The notes under the pieces: model-generated | Seen by the model: only the letters and a program-made list of their open reading frames with translations | Databases searched by the model: none | What the model was told of the DNA's origin: nothing | Program-made: the position numbers and the translations under genes | NCBI GenBank assembly: GCA_011364985.1 | Contig: RDOC01000006.1 | Location: forward strand, 1-64,000 | Length of the DNA stretch: 64,000 nucleotides | From: Candidatus Thorarchaeota archaeon | GTDB taxonomy: Archaea > Asgardarchaeota > Thorarchaeia > Thorarchaeales > Thorarchaeaceae | Direction: 5' to 3' | Shown here: piece after piece, positions 1 through 9,904 of the stretch | How positions within the stretch are numbered: the first letter of the stretch is position 1 | How the letters are laid out: each line of letters begins with the position of its first letter

Positions 1-2290
1 TCTTGTATCGCTTTCCAAGCCGTGAAAGGACACTAGGCACTATGCGGCGCAATTCGTCAGGAGCACCAGGATTCATGAACTGCTTTGCAATATCAATGAC
101 TTCTTCACGTTCGATTTCGGCAAGTCCATTGAGGTATCCCCGCTGCACAATGTGCTGCCAGCTGGGTTGTGCTGTCGTGATGCCCTCACTCAGTATTTCA
201 AAGGCCTCGTCGTGCTGAGTTTTTCCGATGGATATTGCTGCTGCAGATGCTACGAAGTAGCTCTCCTTGTCCTCAAGTAGGCTCTTCAAGGCCTCGAAGG
301 CCCGATTGTTCTTGTAGAACTGTCCAAGAGCCCGTGCAACGGCCGTTCTTGCCTTTGTATTGGCCAGACTCAATCCCTTCAAGAGATAGTCCAAAGCTGA
401 CTCTGTCTTCAGAGAGCCCAATGCCTTAGCAATCTCAGCTTGAACACCCCAGAACTCCTCACTCAAAAGAGCATTTCCAAGTGCGGCAAGCCCCTTTGGA
501 GAGATCTTCTTCGATAGAGCGTGAGCGGACTTCAACCGCTGAATCACATTTTCACCATGGTGAAGCTGTTCTATCCACATTGCCTCGGGCTTCTCGATTT
601 CGGAATCCATCAGGACAGCATAGTCAGGGTCGATAATGACTTGTTTCGGCTTCTTGCTTATAGGATAGTAGAAGGAGTGTATGCGCTCGGTCACATTAAC
701 TGTGTACCTAGTTCGTACATCTTTGTCATCAACTAGCTCAACAGTAAGAGGAAAACGAAACACCTCAGGAGTCATTCCATCATCATACTTCTGAGTCTGT
801 TCAATCTTCACTAAGACATGACCTAGCTTATCGTCGTGTGATACCTTGATCTTACACTCAGGATAACCTGCCTTGTACAGCCACTGCTCGAAAAACCATC
901 CGTAGTCTTCGCCAGTCATCTCAGTGAAAAGGGCCTCTAAATCATGCGTATAGACAGACTTGAAGGAATAGCGTCGAAGCCACTCTCCAAGGATTTCCCA
1001 CCATTTGTCTTCACCTACGAGATGCTTAAGCATGTAATATCTCCAGGCGCCTCCGGGATAGAGGTGCCTATCGAAGACATCACCTCCTCGTTCCCACTCA
1101 TTCTTAACAATTGGCCGGCGGTAGTTTCTCTTGTCCTCGTCAAAGTAAGACTGCTGTTTATCATACTGCTCATAGAGATATTCATCAAATCCCTTGTCAT
1201 AGCGCTTCCATTCATTTTGCATCTGAGTAGCCCACCCCTCATTGAGCCATCCATGGCTCCATGTACGGCAGGTCACTAGATCTCCTCCCCACATGTGGGC
1301 AAGCTCATGAGAGACAAGTCCATCTGAATCGAAATCAAGATGTGCCTTCTCATCATGGAGCGTGGCATCAGTCTGTGTGGTCGCACTGACATTCTCCATT
1401 CCGCCAAAGATGAAATTCGCCGCAGTGACTTGGGCATACTTCGCCCAAGGGTATTCGACACCCAGTTTCTCTACGAAGAACTTGATCATCACTGGAGTCT
1501 TCCCAAAGGATCTGTAGACCGTATCTTTGTCCCACTTCTTGTGGGCATAGTAGCTCACCTCCAATTCATCCAAGTTCTCCTTGTATTCAACATACTCAGA
1601 CACTGCAACGGTGATGATGTAGGCTGGCATCGGTTCTTCATTCAGCCAATGGAAAGTTTCAGTCCCATCACCATTTTCAGTTCTGGCCTTCAAAGATCCA
1701 CAGCCCATTGCATAGTATCCCTTTGGAACTGTTACGATAGTTTCCACCGGGAATTTGTGACTTGGGTTATCATAAATGGGAACGACGTATCTTGCGTAGT
1801 CATCCTGCAACTGCGTCCACGCACTGATTTCTACATCTGGGAACTCAGGAGTAGGCTTGGTAAAGTACAGCCCTGCCCTTGGCTTGTCAATGGTGTAGGC
1901 GATTTCCAACTCCGTTGTGTCGCCTCTCTTCAGGGGTTCGATAAGATGGATGATAATGGCCTCATCTTCTGATCTATTCTCCCAGATGAGCTTCTTCTTT
2001 TGGCTATCAAGGACTTCCTTGATGTCTAGCTCTACAGAATGAAGTAGAACATCGCTCAAATCAGATGTAACGGACTTGATTCTAATCTTTGCAACTGCTT
2101 CAACTCTTTCATCTTGCAGATGCATTTTCCAATCCATCAGCAGATGCTCAATGTCATAATTTCGAGATGGAGCCCATTGAGGCTTCGCCGTGGGAAAGGT
2201 GAAGTCCTCTCGGTCTGCCATTAGAACGCTTTCGGCCTCATGAATACCAGTTCGCATCAGGCTCTCAAGATAGTCATGGAAATCAGTCAA
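1..2290 (-). CDS. pepN: M1-family aminopeptidase N (3'-truncated by window edge; not in ORF track)
   Basis: Manual translation from TTG at 2290 (MTDFHDYLESLMRTG...) contains GGMENVS and HELAHMWGGDLVTCRTWSHGWLNEG (GxMEN plus HExxH-x18-E). Confidence 0.9.
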   Translation of the reverse strand, partial: MTDFHDYLESLMRTGIHEAESVLMADREDFTFPTAKPQWAPSRNYDIEHLLMDWKMHLQDERVEAVAKIRIKSVTSDLSDVLLHSVELDIKEVLDSQKKKLIWENRSEDEAIIIHLIEPLKRGDTTELEIAYTIDKPRAGLYFTKPTPEFPDVEISAWTQLQDDYARYVVPIYDNPSHKFPVETIVTVPKGYYAMGCGSLKARTENGDGTETFHWLNEEPMPAYIITVAVSEYVEYKENLDELEVSYYAHKKWDKDTVYRSFGKTPVMIKFFVEKLGVEYPWAKYAQVTAANFIFGGMENVSATTQTDATLHDEKAHLDFDSDGLVSHELAHMWGGDLVTCRTWSHGWLNEGWATQMQNEWKRYDKGFDEYLYEQYDKQQSYFDEDKRNYRRPIVKNEWERGGDVFDRHLYPGGAWRYYMLKHLVGEDKWWEILGEWLRRYSFKSVYTHDLEALFTEMTGEDYGWFFEQWLYKAGYPECKIKVSHDDKLGHVLVKIEQTQKYDDGMTPEVFRFPLTVELVDDKDVRTRYTVNVTERIHSFYYPISKKPKQVIIDPDYAVLMDSEIEKPEAMWIEQLHHGENVIQRLKSAHALSKKISPKGLAALGNALLSEEFWGVQAEIAKALGSLKTESALDYLLKGLSLANTKARTAVARALGQFYKNNRAFEALKSLLEDKESYFVASAAAISIGKTQHDEAFEILSEGITTAQPSWQHIVQRGYLNGLAEIEREEVIDIAKQFMNPGAPDELRRIVPSVLSRLGKRYK

Positions 2291-2429
2291 CGATTAGCTT
2301 CCTCTACTTCATTTGTTATCTCAGCATTTGTGTGCTAGACACCTCTCATTGGAATTCAACCACATTAATAATCTTAGGAAAGACGCTTTGAGGAGAACAA
2401 ATAGCAAGGCATACTGCGCCCATCTCTTT

Positions 2430-2930
2430 TCACATTCTTCTCAATGTCGAGAGTTCGGTTGCATAGTCGCGTATTCGTATAACGGAGTTCTCAAGAAATT
2501 GATTCCTCCTTCTAGGAACAATCTGGAATAGTGTTCCAAACACTATCCATAAGGCGGCCATTCCTGAGACAGCTTCGCCCTCGAAGAATCTAGGAGTTAT
2601 CACGAAGTATGACAGCATTCCAAACAGTATTCCAGAGATGAATGTGGAGTAGTATTTCTCCCGCCATGTTGCCAACTTGAAACCATAATACGGAATCCAG
2701 TCCAAGAGTATCTCAACAACGACTACTGTGATTCCGGCTCTTATCGTGAATAGCCATACTTCCATGGCATCTTCAAGCAGGCGATTTCCATACAGGACAT
2801 TCCCGCCATACAGATAGAAAGGGAGAGTTGCCAAGAACATCAGGAAGGCATGGAGTCCTTCTCTTACGATGGTTCTACCAGTCATCATGATCAAAGCGCC
2901 AACCTTAAGACAAATGATACGCAAATACAC
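2430..2930 (-). CDS. hypothetical membrane protein
   Basis: 166-aa ORF with about 4 hydrophobic segments, co-oriented with neighbours. Confidence 0.6.
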   Translation of the reverse strand: MYLRIICLKVGALIMMTGRTIVREGLHAFLMFLATLPFYLYGGNVLYGNRLLEDAMEVWLFTIRAGITVVVVEILLDWIPYYGFKLATWREKYYSTFISGILFGMLSYFVITPRFFEGEAVSGMAALWIVFGTLFQIVPRRRNQFLENSVIRIRDYATELSTLRRM

Positions 2931-2987
2931 GTTTTCATTGAGCGAGGGATGTACTCAGGCTATGGATTTGGCTTGTAATTCTGGCGA

Positions 2988-3476
2988 TTACATCTCATCC
3001 AGATGTTTCCAAACAGAGTCCCACCAGTCTTGGAATGGCCCATCAGGCACTATCGAGATATCAGTGTGGATATCTATCTGAACAGGCATATCATTCTTCA
3101 CCTCTTCGATGTCTATCTCGACTAGTGCGTATCGCTCATCAGGCGGCCACGGATTCAGGACCACACGTGCCCGTCCACGAACGCTTACAGCAATGTTGGG
3201 AGTTGAGATCAAAGCAACCATTACTCGTGGGTCTCTGAGGCAGTTTGCCAGTGTATTGTGGTACCGATGAACCAAGAATCGGAGAAGTTTCGGATTAACT
3301 GCTCGTAGACTTCCAAATGGAGCGGTCCTTGGAGAACCATCTTCGTCAACGGTTGCTACAACGGAACTTGGGTTCAGCTTGCCACCGCTCTTCGTCCAAG
3401 TACTAAAGATGTCTGGAGGCAATTCTTCTAGTCGGCGCCAGCGTTTCTCTTGTGCAGACGGGCTCCCATTGCTCAC
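2988..3476 (-). CDS. pyridoxamine 5'-phosphate oxidase-like (split-barrel flavin-binding) protein
   Basis: VATVDEDGSPRTAPF...NCLRDPRV...VSVRGRARV motifs; GTG start at 3476 preferred over the track start at 3638. Confidence 0.75.
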   Translation of the reverse strand: MSNGSPSAQEKRWRRLEELPPDIFSTWTKSGGKLNPSSVVATVDEDGSPRTAPFGSLRAVNPKLLRFLVHRYHNTLANCLRDPRVMVALISTPNIAVSVRGRARVVLNPWPPDERYALVEIDIEEVKNDMPVQIDIHTDISIVPDGPFQDWWDSVWKHLDEM

Positions 3477-3649
3477 TTCAAAAACCCCCAATGGCTTGAG
3501 TTCTAATGTACAAACCCCAATAAGGCCATTTCTGCAAATCGGTTTCAAAAGCTTGTCTGATCTGAATCTCCAAGAGAGAAGTATTGAAAGCCATAAGACG
3601 GCATCTCCAATTCCAATCTTGTCAAAGCTGCTTCTCACGAGGAGAAACC

Positions 3650-4984
3650 TTAGCTAACACGCCTAACGTAGGCTTCAATATCGAATTTCCGCTCCAACCC
3701 TCTAGCATTCATGTAGCGCACCTTACCAAACACTGGTCGTTCTCTCCATGCACGGTCATGCTTTCCGAAGCACCAAGCTACGCCAGTGTAGCCATTTGGA
3801 TCCCGACCGTCTAGCTCATACTTGTTGTTAAGATACAGAGCGATGCGGTATGCTTCCGAAGGACTTTCACTCCACTCTAGAATCTTCTTTCCCCAGTACA
3901 TTCGCATATACCCATGCATCTTTCCTGTCTTAGTCATCTCGATCTGAGCTGCATTCCAGTAGGTGTCGTGAGTTTCTCCGAACTCGAACTCTTCCTGCGA
4001 GTAGAGGTACTCACGTTTGTCGGAGGTATGTCGGCAAAGGGTTGTTTTTGCCCAATCAGGAAGACATTCGATGGAGTCGTATTGTGAATTGTAGTATACG
4101 AAGTTCATGCTAAGCTCTCGTCGTACAATGAGCTCCTCAAGATATGGTTCAGCTCCCTCGCTAGCTGTTTCTGTGACTCTGAGTGCAATCTCCAAGGGAG
4201 AGATTTGACCAAAATGGAGGTAAGGACTCATCCATGAAAGATAGTCATCTGATGGGTCATTTCGGAATGTATCAAAATGGTCCAGCTTCTTGGAAATGAA
4301 CTTGGAGAGATGTTCCCTTGCATTTCTTGTGCCTCCCTTGAGCCAGTCAACTCCTTTTACAGACCCGTCAATTGAAAGACTGTTTACCACTTTCTTTGGA
4401 TCCTCGATATTAAGTGAAGTGACTTCCGTGTCATACGCAGCAAGAGTACTCTGAACAAGGGGCTGCAGGTATCTATCTAGTTCTTGATGAATCTTGGGAC
4501 GGAATGTCCCAGCGGAGTATTCCTCCTTGGGAGAAGCAACTTCAACTGGAACGATAACATTTGATTCCACCTGAATCACTGGACACTGGACTGAAGCGGC
4601 TACGTGAGATCGCCAGAATCGTTGGAGACGTTGGTAGCCTCGGTCCACAATTAAGAGGCTGCAGTCTTTTGCCAGCTCGATTGCTCCAGATTGTGGATTT
4701 TCTTGACGGACTACAAAAGGAATATTCCTCTCGATAAGACTGACTTCTACATCAACAAGACCTTCCAAGAGAAACAAGTAGCTCCGTTCGTTGGCTTCGG
4801 GATACTCATCAGTTAACCCGAAGTACACAACTAGAGGCAGTTCGTATCTGTTTGCCATCTGAATAGCATATTCAAGGGCATGGTTATTGTCCGTTCGCTG
4901 AGATGCCTGCATCCAATATAGGACATAATCCCCACCTTGAATTGAATTGGGATTTAATTGCTGTATCCGCTCCTCGTGAATCAT
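3650..4984 (-). CDS. phr: class II CPD photolyase
   Basis: VLYWMQASQR, SPYLHFGQIS, GKMHGYMRMYWGKKILEW, YELDGRDPNGY and GKVRYMN are class II photolyase signatures. Confidence 0.95.
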   Translation of the reverse strand: MIHEERIQQLNPNSIQGGDYVLYWMQASQRTDNNHALEYAIQMANRYELPLVVYFGLTDEYPEANERSYLFLLEGLVDVEVSLIERNIPFVVRQENPQSGAIELAKDCSLLIVDRGYQRLQRFWRSHVAASVQCPVIQVESNVIVPVEVASPKEEYSAGTFRPKIHQELDRYLQPLVQSTLAAYDTEVTSLNIEDPKKVVNSLSIDGSVKGVDWLKGGTRNAREHLSKFISKKLDHFDTFRNDPSDDYLSWMSPYLHFGQISPLEIALRVTETASEGAEPYLEELIVRRELSMNFVYYNSQYDSIECLPDWAKTTLCRHTSDKREYLYSQEEFEFGETHDTYWNAAQIEMTKTGKMHGYMRMYWGKKILEWSESPSEAYRIALYLNNKYELDGRDPNGYTGVAWCFGKHDRAWRERPVFGKVRYMNARGLERKFDIEAYVRRVS

Positions 4985-5199
4985 GTTACTGAATTATGAA
5001 ACGAACAGCTATTAGAATGGTGCTAGGCTAAGTCGTGCTCAAGTCAACCAACAGAAAGAAGCATGTCTTCCTCTTCAATTCCTCTCATGAAAGTAATACT
5101 ATTACATATACTTTTAACAATACAAGAGTGTTGAATATGAAATTACATATATAATGAGGCAGTTCTTTTGGATCCGAATCCATACGAAGGAATAATACA

Positions 5200-5562
5200 G
5201 TGGACAAGATTGCTATGAATAGCTTACCACCCGAAAAGGAATTTGACATGGAACGAATCAAGACCGAGCTGGTTGGCAGATTTGCAACAGAAGATTTTGG
5301 CCTGAAGAAGAGAGAAGTTTCCGTCATGTGCAGACTGAATGCAAAAACTGTGGCAATAATGGACGCGCTCGTCGAGCTTGAAATCTTCAAAAGCAAGTCT
5401 GAAGCGATTGCCACTTTTCTTCAACAAGTCATTGCTGAACGAGAAGAAATGTTTGAGGAAATCCTAGCTCAAGCAAAGGCAATTGCCTCAAAGAGAGAAG
5501 CGGCCAAACATCTTGCATTCCAAGCAGTAATGTCCAGTGGGAAGAAAGAGAAAAAGGAATGA
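5200..5562 (+). CDS. ribbon-helix-helix (CopG-like) domain protein
   Basis: VSVMCRL...MDALVELEIFKSKSEAIA strand-helix-helix pattern followed by a coiled coil. Confidence 0.6.
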   Translation: MDKIAMNSLPPEKEFDMERIKTELVGRFATEDFGLKKREVSVMCRLNAKTVAIMDALVELEIFKSKSEAIATFLQQVIAEREEMFEEILAQAKAIASKREAAKHLAFQAVMSSGKKEKKE

Positions 5563-5565
5563 CTT

Positions 5566-6108
5566 CTACATATTCAGCTTCAACGCGAAATCTCGCCTTA
5601 GTTTGTCCAGCTTGGGACTGATGATATACCGACAATAACCTTGATTTCGATTGTTGCAGTAGTAGTTTTGGTGATAGTCTTCGGCAGGGTAGAACTCCGT
5701 AAATGGCACAACTTCAGTGACGATGGGATTCCTCCACTTACCGCTTGCGTCAAGTCTTGCCTTAACATCTTCGGCAACTTCTCTCTGCTTGTCATCATGA
5801 TAGAGAATTATTGATCGATACTGCGGGCCAACATCATTGCCCTGACGATTCTTTGTTGTAGGGTCATGTGTGCCAAAAAAGACCTCAAGAATCTCCTCAT
5901 ACGAGATTACTTCTGGATTATACTCAATCTGAACAACTTCGGCATGTCCAGTAGTACCTGTCGTTACCTGCTTGTAGGTTGGATTCTCAACATGACCTCC
6001 GGCATATCCAGAAACAACCGAAAGCACGCCTTTGATTTCTTGATAGACTGCCTCAAAGCACCAGAAGCAGCCGCCTCCGAGAGTAGCAATTTCCATATTA
6101 TCACCCAC
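5566..6108 (-). CDS. msrA: peptide-methionine (S)-S-oxide reductase
   Basis: GGCFWC, TGHAEVV, HDPT, QYRS and AEDYHQNY motifs. Confidence 0.97.
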   Translation of the reverse strand: MGDNMEIATLGGGCFWCFEAVYQEIKGVLSVVSGYAGGHVENPTYKQVTTGTTGHAEVVQIEYNPEVISYEEILEVFFGTHDPTTKNRQGNDVGPQYRSIILYHDDKQREVAEDVKARLDASGKWRNPIVTEVVPFTEFYPAEDYHQNYYCNNRNQGYCRYIISPKLDKLRRDFALKLNM

Positions 6109-6188
6109 GTTTTTGTCTCAATTAGCAGATAGAAAGAGGAAATGAAGGACAGCAGCGATTCTGCTACTGCCTCCTATAGGAGAGCCAA

Positions 6189-7001
6189 TCACTCACTTAA
6201 TTTGAGCTTATAGTACTCCGCATATCCTGTCTTTCTAAGAAGTGGATAAAGAAGCAGTAAAAGCGCAACAACCACCACAGCTCCAGCAGCTGCAAAGAAG
6301 ATAATAGGAACTGCAGAGTTCGCACTTGCAATGCCATATGATGCCCATATCACAACAAGTGCAAAGCCAAAGTCATGACATAGGACAATCATCAAGATAG
6401 TAATCAGCAGCGCTATGACAATCACCGCAGCCGTCCAAAACTGCTGGACATCCAGAGGAATACTAGGTATTAGCAGATTGAGAACAGATGCTGTGCTGGC
6501 AATTGTGGCAAGTGAAATCCATCCAAGATAGACACTCACAGGAAGGTGAACGCCTAGCTTCTCGCTTCGCGGCACTTCCCTGATTCCTATGCCAAGACGG
6601 ACATATTTCAAGAGCAAAACAATTAGGAGACCCGCTATCAATAGCTCTGTGACAATGAATAAGCCGGAATTTCCATAGGAATAATGGAAAATGAAGATCC
6701 AGAATATGTTAATCAGGCAGCCAATCACGTAGAGAGGACCAATCTGCTTTAGGTAGTCCTTGTCACGTTCACTAATACGGAACTGATAGAAAGCGAATGT
6801 TATCAGTAGCACGTAAATCACAAACCAGATTGAAAACACAAATCCTGGTGGTGTGAACAGATTAGGATAGGAATCTGAAATCTCATAGGTAAACCTACCA
6901 TTTATTGGCAATGCATTGGCAAGGATATTTACCAGAATCATTGCAAGGATGGCAACTAGATTCAGCCATTGCATAACAGAACGATTGTTATTGGAACTCA
7001 T
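6189..7001 (-). CDS. TspO/MBR-like tryptophan-rich membrane protein
   Basis: SDSYPNLFTPPGFVFSIW, NIFWIFIF and VYLGWISLAT motifs; multi-TM. Confidence 0.7.
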   Translation of the reverse strand: MSSNNNRSVMQWLNLVAILAMILVNILANALPINGRFTYEISDSYPNLFTPPGFVFSIWFVIYVLLITFAFYQFRISERDKDYLKQIGPLYVIGCLINIFWIFIFHYSYGNSGLFIVTELLIAGLLIVLLLKYVRLGIGIREVPRSEKLGVHLPVSVYLGWISLATIASTASVLNLLIPSIPLDVQQFWTAAVIVIALLITILMIVLCHDFGFALVVIWASYGIASANSAVPIIFFAAAGAVVVVALLLLLYPLLRKTGYAEYYKLKLSE

Positions 7002-7155
7002 CTATAACCCTCAATGATTCTTTTCCCCTTTGCTTTATAAAATTAACTATATTGAATTTTCGGGCCTGCAATCTGCAAGAAAATTCTCCTATATTCCAAA
7101 ACTGTAAAATGCAAGAGTACCCATAGTACAAGGGGAGATTAAGGAGGTAGTAGGT

Positions 7156-8568
7156 TTGAGCCGGATAGAAGAAGATGCGAGAAGGCTATGTGAGTTCGGT
7201 CTCACACCTTACGAAGCAAGAGTCTATCTTACTGCAGTAAAGCTTGGCACAGCTTCAGCGGGCAGAATATCGAAGATCGCCTCAATTCGACGTGAAGAGG
7301 TTTATAGAACCCTTCCAAAATTGGAGAAGGCAGGACTGATTGATCGAGTTCTTGGACGACCAGTCAAGGTCAGGGCAATTCCACTTGAAGAGGGACTTTC
7401 AATGCTCATTAGAAGAAAAGAGGAGGAATCAAAAAAGGAGTTGGACCGGCTTAAAGTAAAGAAAGAAGAACTCATCATCAATTTCAATTCTGTTTCGGCT
7501 CCAGAAGTCGAAGAGCGAGAGTCGCACTTCACACTCCTAGCTGAAAGGGAAGCAGTGACTGCGAGAGTCAATTCCCTGATACAAAGCAGTGAATCTGATA
7601 TTGATGTGGTGGCCTCAAGTGACGATATCATTCGTTTTGTGATGAAATACTCTAATGCTCTTTGTGAGTCTGCTGACAGAGATGTAAGAATTCGACTAAT
7701 CACCGAGTGCCCCGATGACGAGAAGAAAGTTCCTGATGCTTTGTCGAAGCATGTACCGAATAACTCCTTTGTTCTAAGATATGTTGAACAAATCCGAAGT
7801 CGCTATATTCTATTTGATGGAAGCGAAGTGATGATAACTACGTCTGCAGAAGGAACGATGACCGAGAGCAAATACCTTTGGACAGATGAGACCAGCATGG
7901 TAGGTCTGATCAATCGTGATTTTGAGGAATTGCTCGGTGAATCCTTGGACTGGAAGGAGTTCAAGCTCTCTTCTTCTCAGAAGATGAATCGCATCATCAA
8001 TCGATTGAAACCAAGAGACCATGCAATTCTGGTCTATGACTCGACTGAGGCCAAAAGAAGGACTCTCTTTTACTATATTGAACAGGGTCTCCGAAGAGGA
8101 GAAGCAGCCAAGTATGTATGCGCAGAGGAAACGCCTGAGGAGGTACGACAATCAATGGTTGACTTTGGCATTGACGTTCCAAGATACGAGGAAACAGGTG
8201 CACTCTCCATTCTGGACTACAGCGAGCTCTACATCCGAAATGGCAAATTCAGTATTGTGGACGTGATGAACTCATGGGAGAAATACTATCAAGAGGCAAT
8301 TGATAATGGATTTGCTGGATTGAGAGTGACTGGGGAGATGAACTGCTTCATAGAGCACGCGCTGGTAGATGAGCTGGTCGAATACGAGAAGGCACTTCAT
8401 ACGATTCTTGATATTCCCATAATTGCTATCTGTGCATACAACTCCAACTCCTTGGCCAATTTGGACAACCCAATTGATATCTATTCTGAACTCGTGAAGG
8501 CTCATGGCAAAGTCCTTTTTGCAGGAAAGGATAACGTGGTTGGCAAAATAGAGATTCGAGCCGCCTAG
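7156..8568 (+). CDS. TrmB-family transcription regulator with C-terminal MEDS sensory domain
   Basis: N-terminal FGLTPYEARVY...LEKAGLI (TrmB HTH); C-terminal DHAILVY...GLRVTGEM...ICAYN (MEDS). Confidence 0.85.
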   Translation: MSRIEEDARRLCEFGLTPYEARVYLTAVKLGTASAGRISKIASIRREEVYRTLPKLEKAGLIDRVLGRPVKVRAIPLEEGLSMLIRRKEEESKKELDRLKVKKEELIINFNSVSAPEVEERESHFTLLAEREAVTARVNSLIQSSESDIDVVASSDDIIRFVMKYSNALCESADRDVRIRLITECPDDEKKVPDALSKHVPNNSFVLRYVEQIRSRYILFDGSEVMITTSAEGTMTESKYLWTDETSMVGLINRDFEELLGESLDWKEFKLSSSQKMNRIINRLKPRDHAILVYDSTEAKRRTLFYYIEQGLRRGEAAKYVCAEETPEEVRQSMVDFGIDVPRYEETGALSILDYSELYIRNGKFSIVDVMNSWEKYYQEAIDNGFAGLRVTGEMNCFIEHALVDELVEYEKALHTILDIPIIAICAYNSNSLANLDNPIDIYSELVKAHGKVLFAGKDNVVGKIEIRAA

Positions 8569-8586
8569 AGAAACAACTGGAGCAAG

Positions 8587-8862
8587 CTAGGCAGGCAAAT
8601 ATATCCACTGACGCATGTCGTCCAAGCAAGGAATACGTTTGATCATCTTCTTTCTCAGAAGTTTCCTAAGCGCATATCTGACCGTTCGAGGTGCAAAGGA
8701 GATCTCTTCCATGAGTTGTTTAGGGGTGGCACCTCTTTTCCCATGTTTTCGAAGGAGATCCAGAACGATTGACTGGCTTTTTGTCAGCCTTATCTCATTC
8801 TCTCCTGTGAAATGTCCAATAACTGTCAATTCTAAACATCTTCTAATTAAATAGAATCGCAA
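8587..8862 (-). CDS. small winged-HTH DNA-binding protein
   Basis: APRTVRYALRKL...PCLDDMRQ; paralog of 33402..33707; true start may be slightly downstream. Confidence 0.8.
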   Translation of the reverse strand: MRFYLIRRCLELTVIGHFTGENEIRLTKSQSIVLDLLRKHGKRGATPKQLMEEISFAPRTVRYALRKLLRKKMIKRIPCLDDMRQWIYLPA

Positions 8863-8880
8863 AAATCAACTTAAGTATGC

Positions 8881-8902
8881 GTTACTGTGACCACACAGTA
8901 AC
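8881..8902. promoter_or_regulatory. perfect inverted repeat GTTACTGTG-N4-CACAGTAAC, putative operator
   Basis: 9-bp arms in the divergent intergenic region just upstream of the wHTH gene. Confidence 0.55.
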
Positions 8903-9072
8903 ACTTCTTGTTCGATGAGTAGTCAACCAAATGTAAGAAGATGAGTAACAGAGCCAAACAATCCCTGCCTAGCGAGTAGGTGAATAAAAACCTCAGTATG
9001 TACTAAGATATAATTCAATTATCTATGCTGAATGCTGGACATCAAGGTATGTTTGAGAAAACATTTGCCTGA

Positions 9073-9804
9073 TTGGCTGTTATTGATGAGAAAGGTATCA
9101 TGAGATGCGAGGAATGTAATCGCAAAGGACGCTCTTCCAAGGGGAAGAAGGTTCATTTCTGCAGTCTATGTGGGGAACTCAGGTGTGAGGACCATACAGT
9201 TTGGGTTCCAGCTCATCTCATAGATAAGTTGGTCAAGTCATCTGGCCTTCTCATGACAAAACCCATCGATGGGTGGTATGCTTTTTGTACCCGTTCTCCA
9301 CATATCCCACAGGGTGTATCAATTTGGTTTGGAAGGCAGAAAAAGAGGGGTAGAGTTGTCGAAAACATTCTCCCTTCTGAGAAGACTAAGGGTCTTGAGC
9401 AATTCGCCATGTGGGAAACAGGCAGAGTTGAGGAAGGCTTTGAAAATCACTTCAATGTAAAGGACTATGAGATCTCATGTGCAATCTTCCCTGTAATGCG
9501 TTTGATACTACATATATTCACGAATGAAGACCAGAACTCTAGACTTGCGCTTCTTATTCATTCTCTCGTCTTCAAATCAGTAGCTGCAACAAAGCCATTA
9601 CTATTTCCTGTTGAATACGAGGACCTTATCAGCGAACTTGGAGAGTCACCTACTCTTGATGCTACACTTCGCTTCGTATGTTCCAGATGTGGGGTAGTCG
9701 TTTGTATGAATAGGCAAGCACCTTTCTTTGATAGAGCTCGCTTTGGTCACCTCGCGAGAAGACCTGAGACAATAATCCCTATTGATATAGCATCTTCAAA
9801 GTAG
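9073..9804 (+). CDS. hypothetical Cys-rich (zinc-finger) protein
   Basis: CEEC...CSLCGELRCEDH at the N-terminus and CSRCGVVVC near the C-terminus. Confidence 0.65.
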   Translation: MAVIDEKGIMRCEECNRKGRSSKGKKVHFCSLCGELRCEDHTVWVPAHLIDKLVKSSGLLMTKPIDGWYAFCTRSPHIPQGVSIWFGRQKKRGRVVENILPSEKTKGLEQFAMWETGRVEEGFENHFNVKDYEISCAIFPVMRLILHIFTNEDQNSRLALLIHSLVFKSVAATKPLLFPVEYEDLISELGESPTLDATLRFVCSRCGVVVCMNRQAPFFDRARFGHLARRPETIIPIDIASSK

Positions 9805-9904
9805 AAACAGTTGCAAGGGCACACTCACTAACGTGATCGGCCCTCAGATGCTAATGTGGACTGCTACTCATTGGCCTTGAAAGACAGCTTTCGAGCTGAA
9901 ATAG

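Noticed and set aside
3-1972. Short + strand ORFs in the track (e.g. 1340..1972)
   Set aside because: They are antisense shadows of the aminopeptidase gene.
5566-6108. Selenocysteine forms of MsrA (and of ArsM at 51468)
   Set aside because: The ORFs are uninterrupted and have no in-frame TGA at the active sites.
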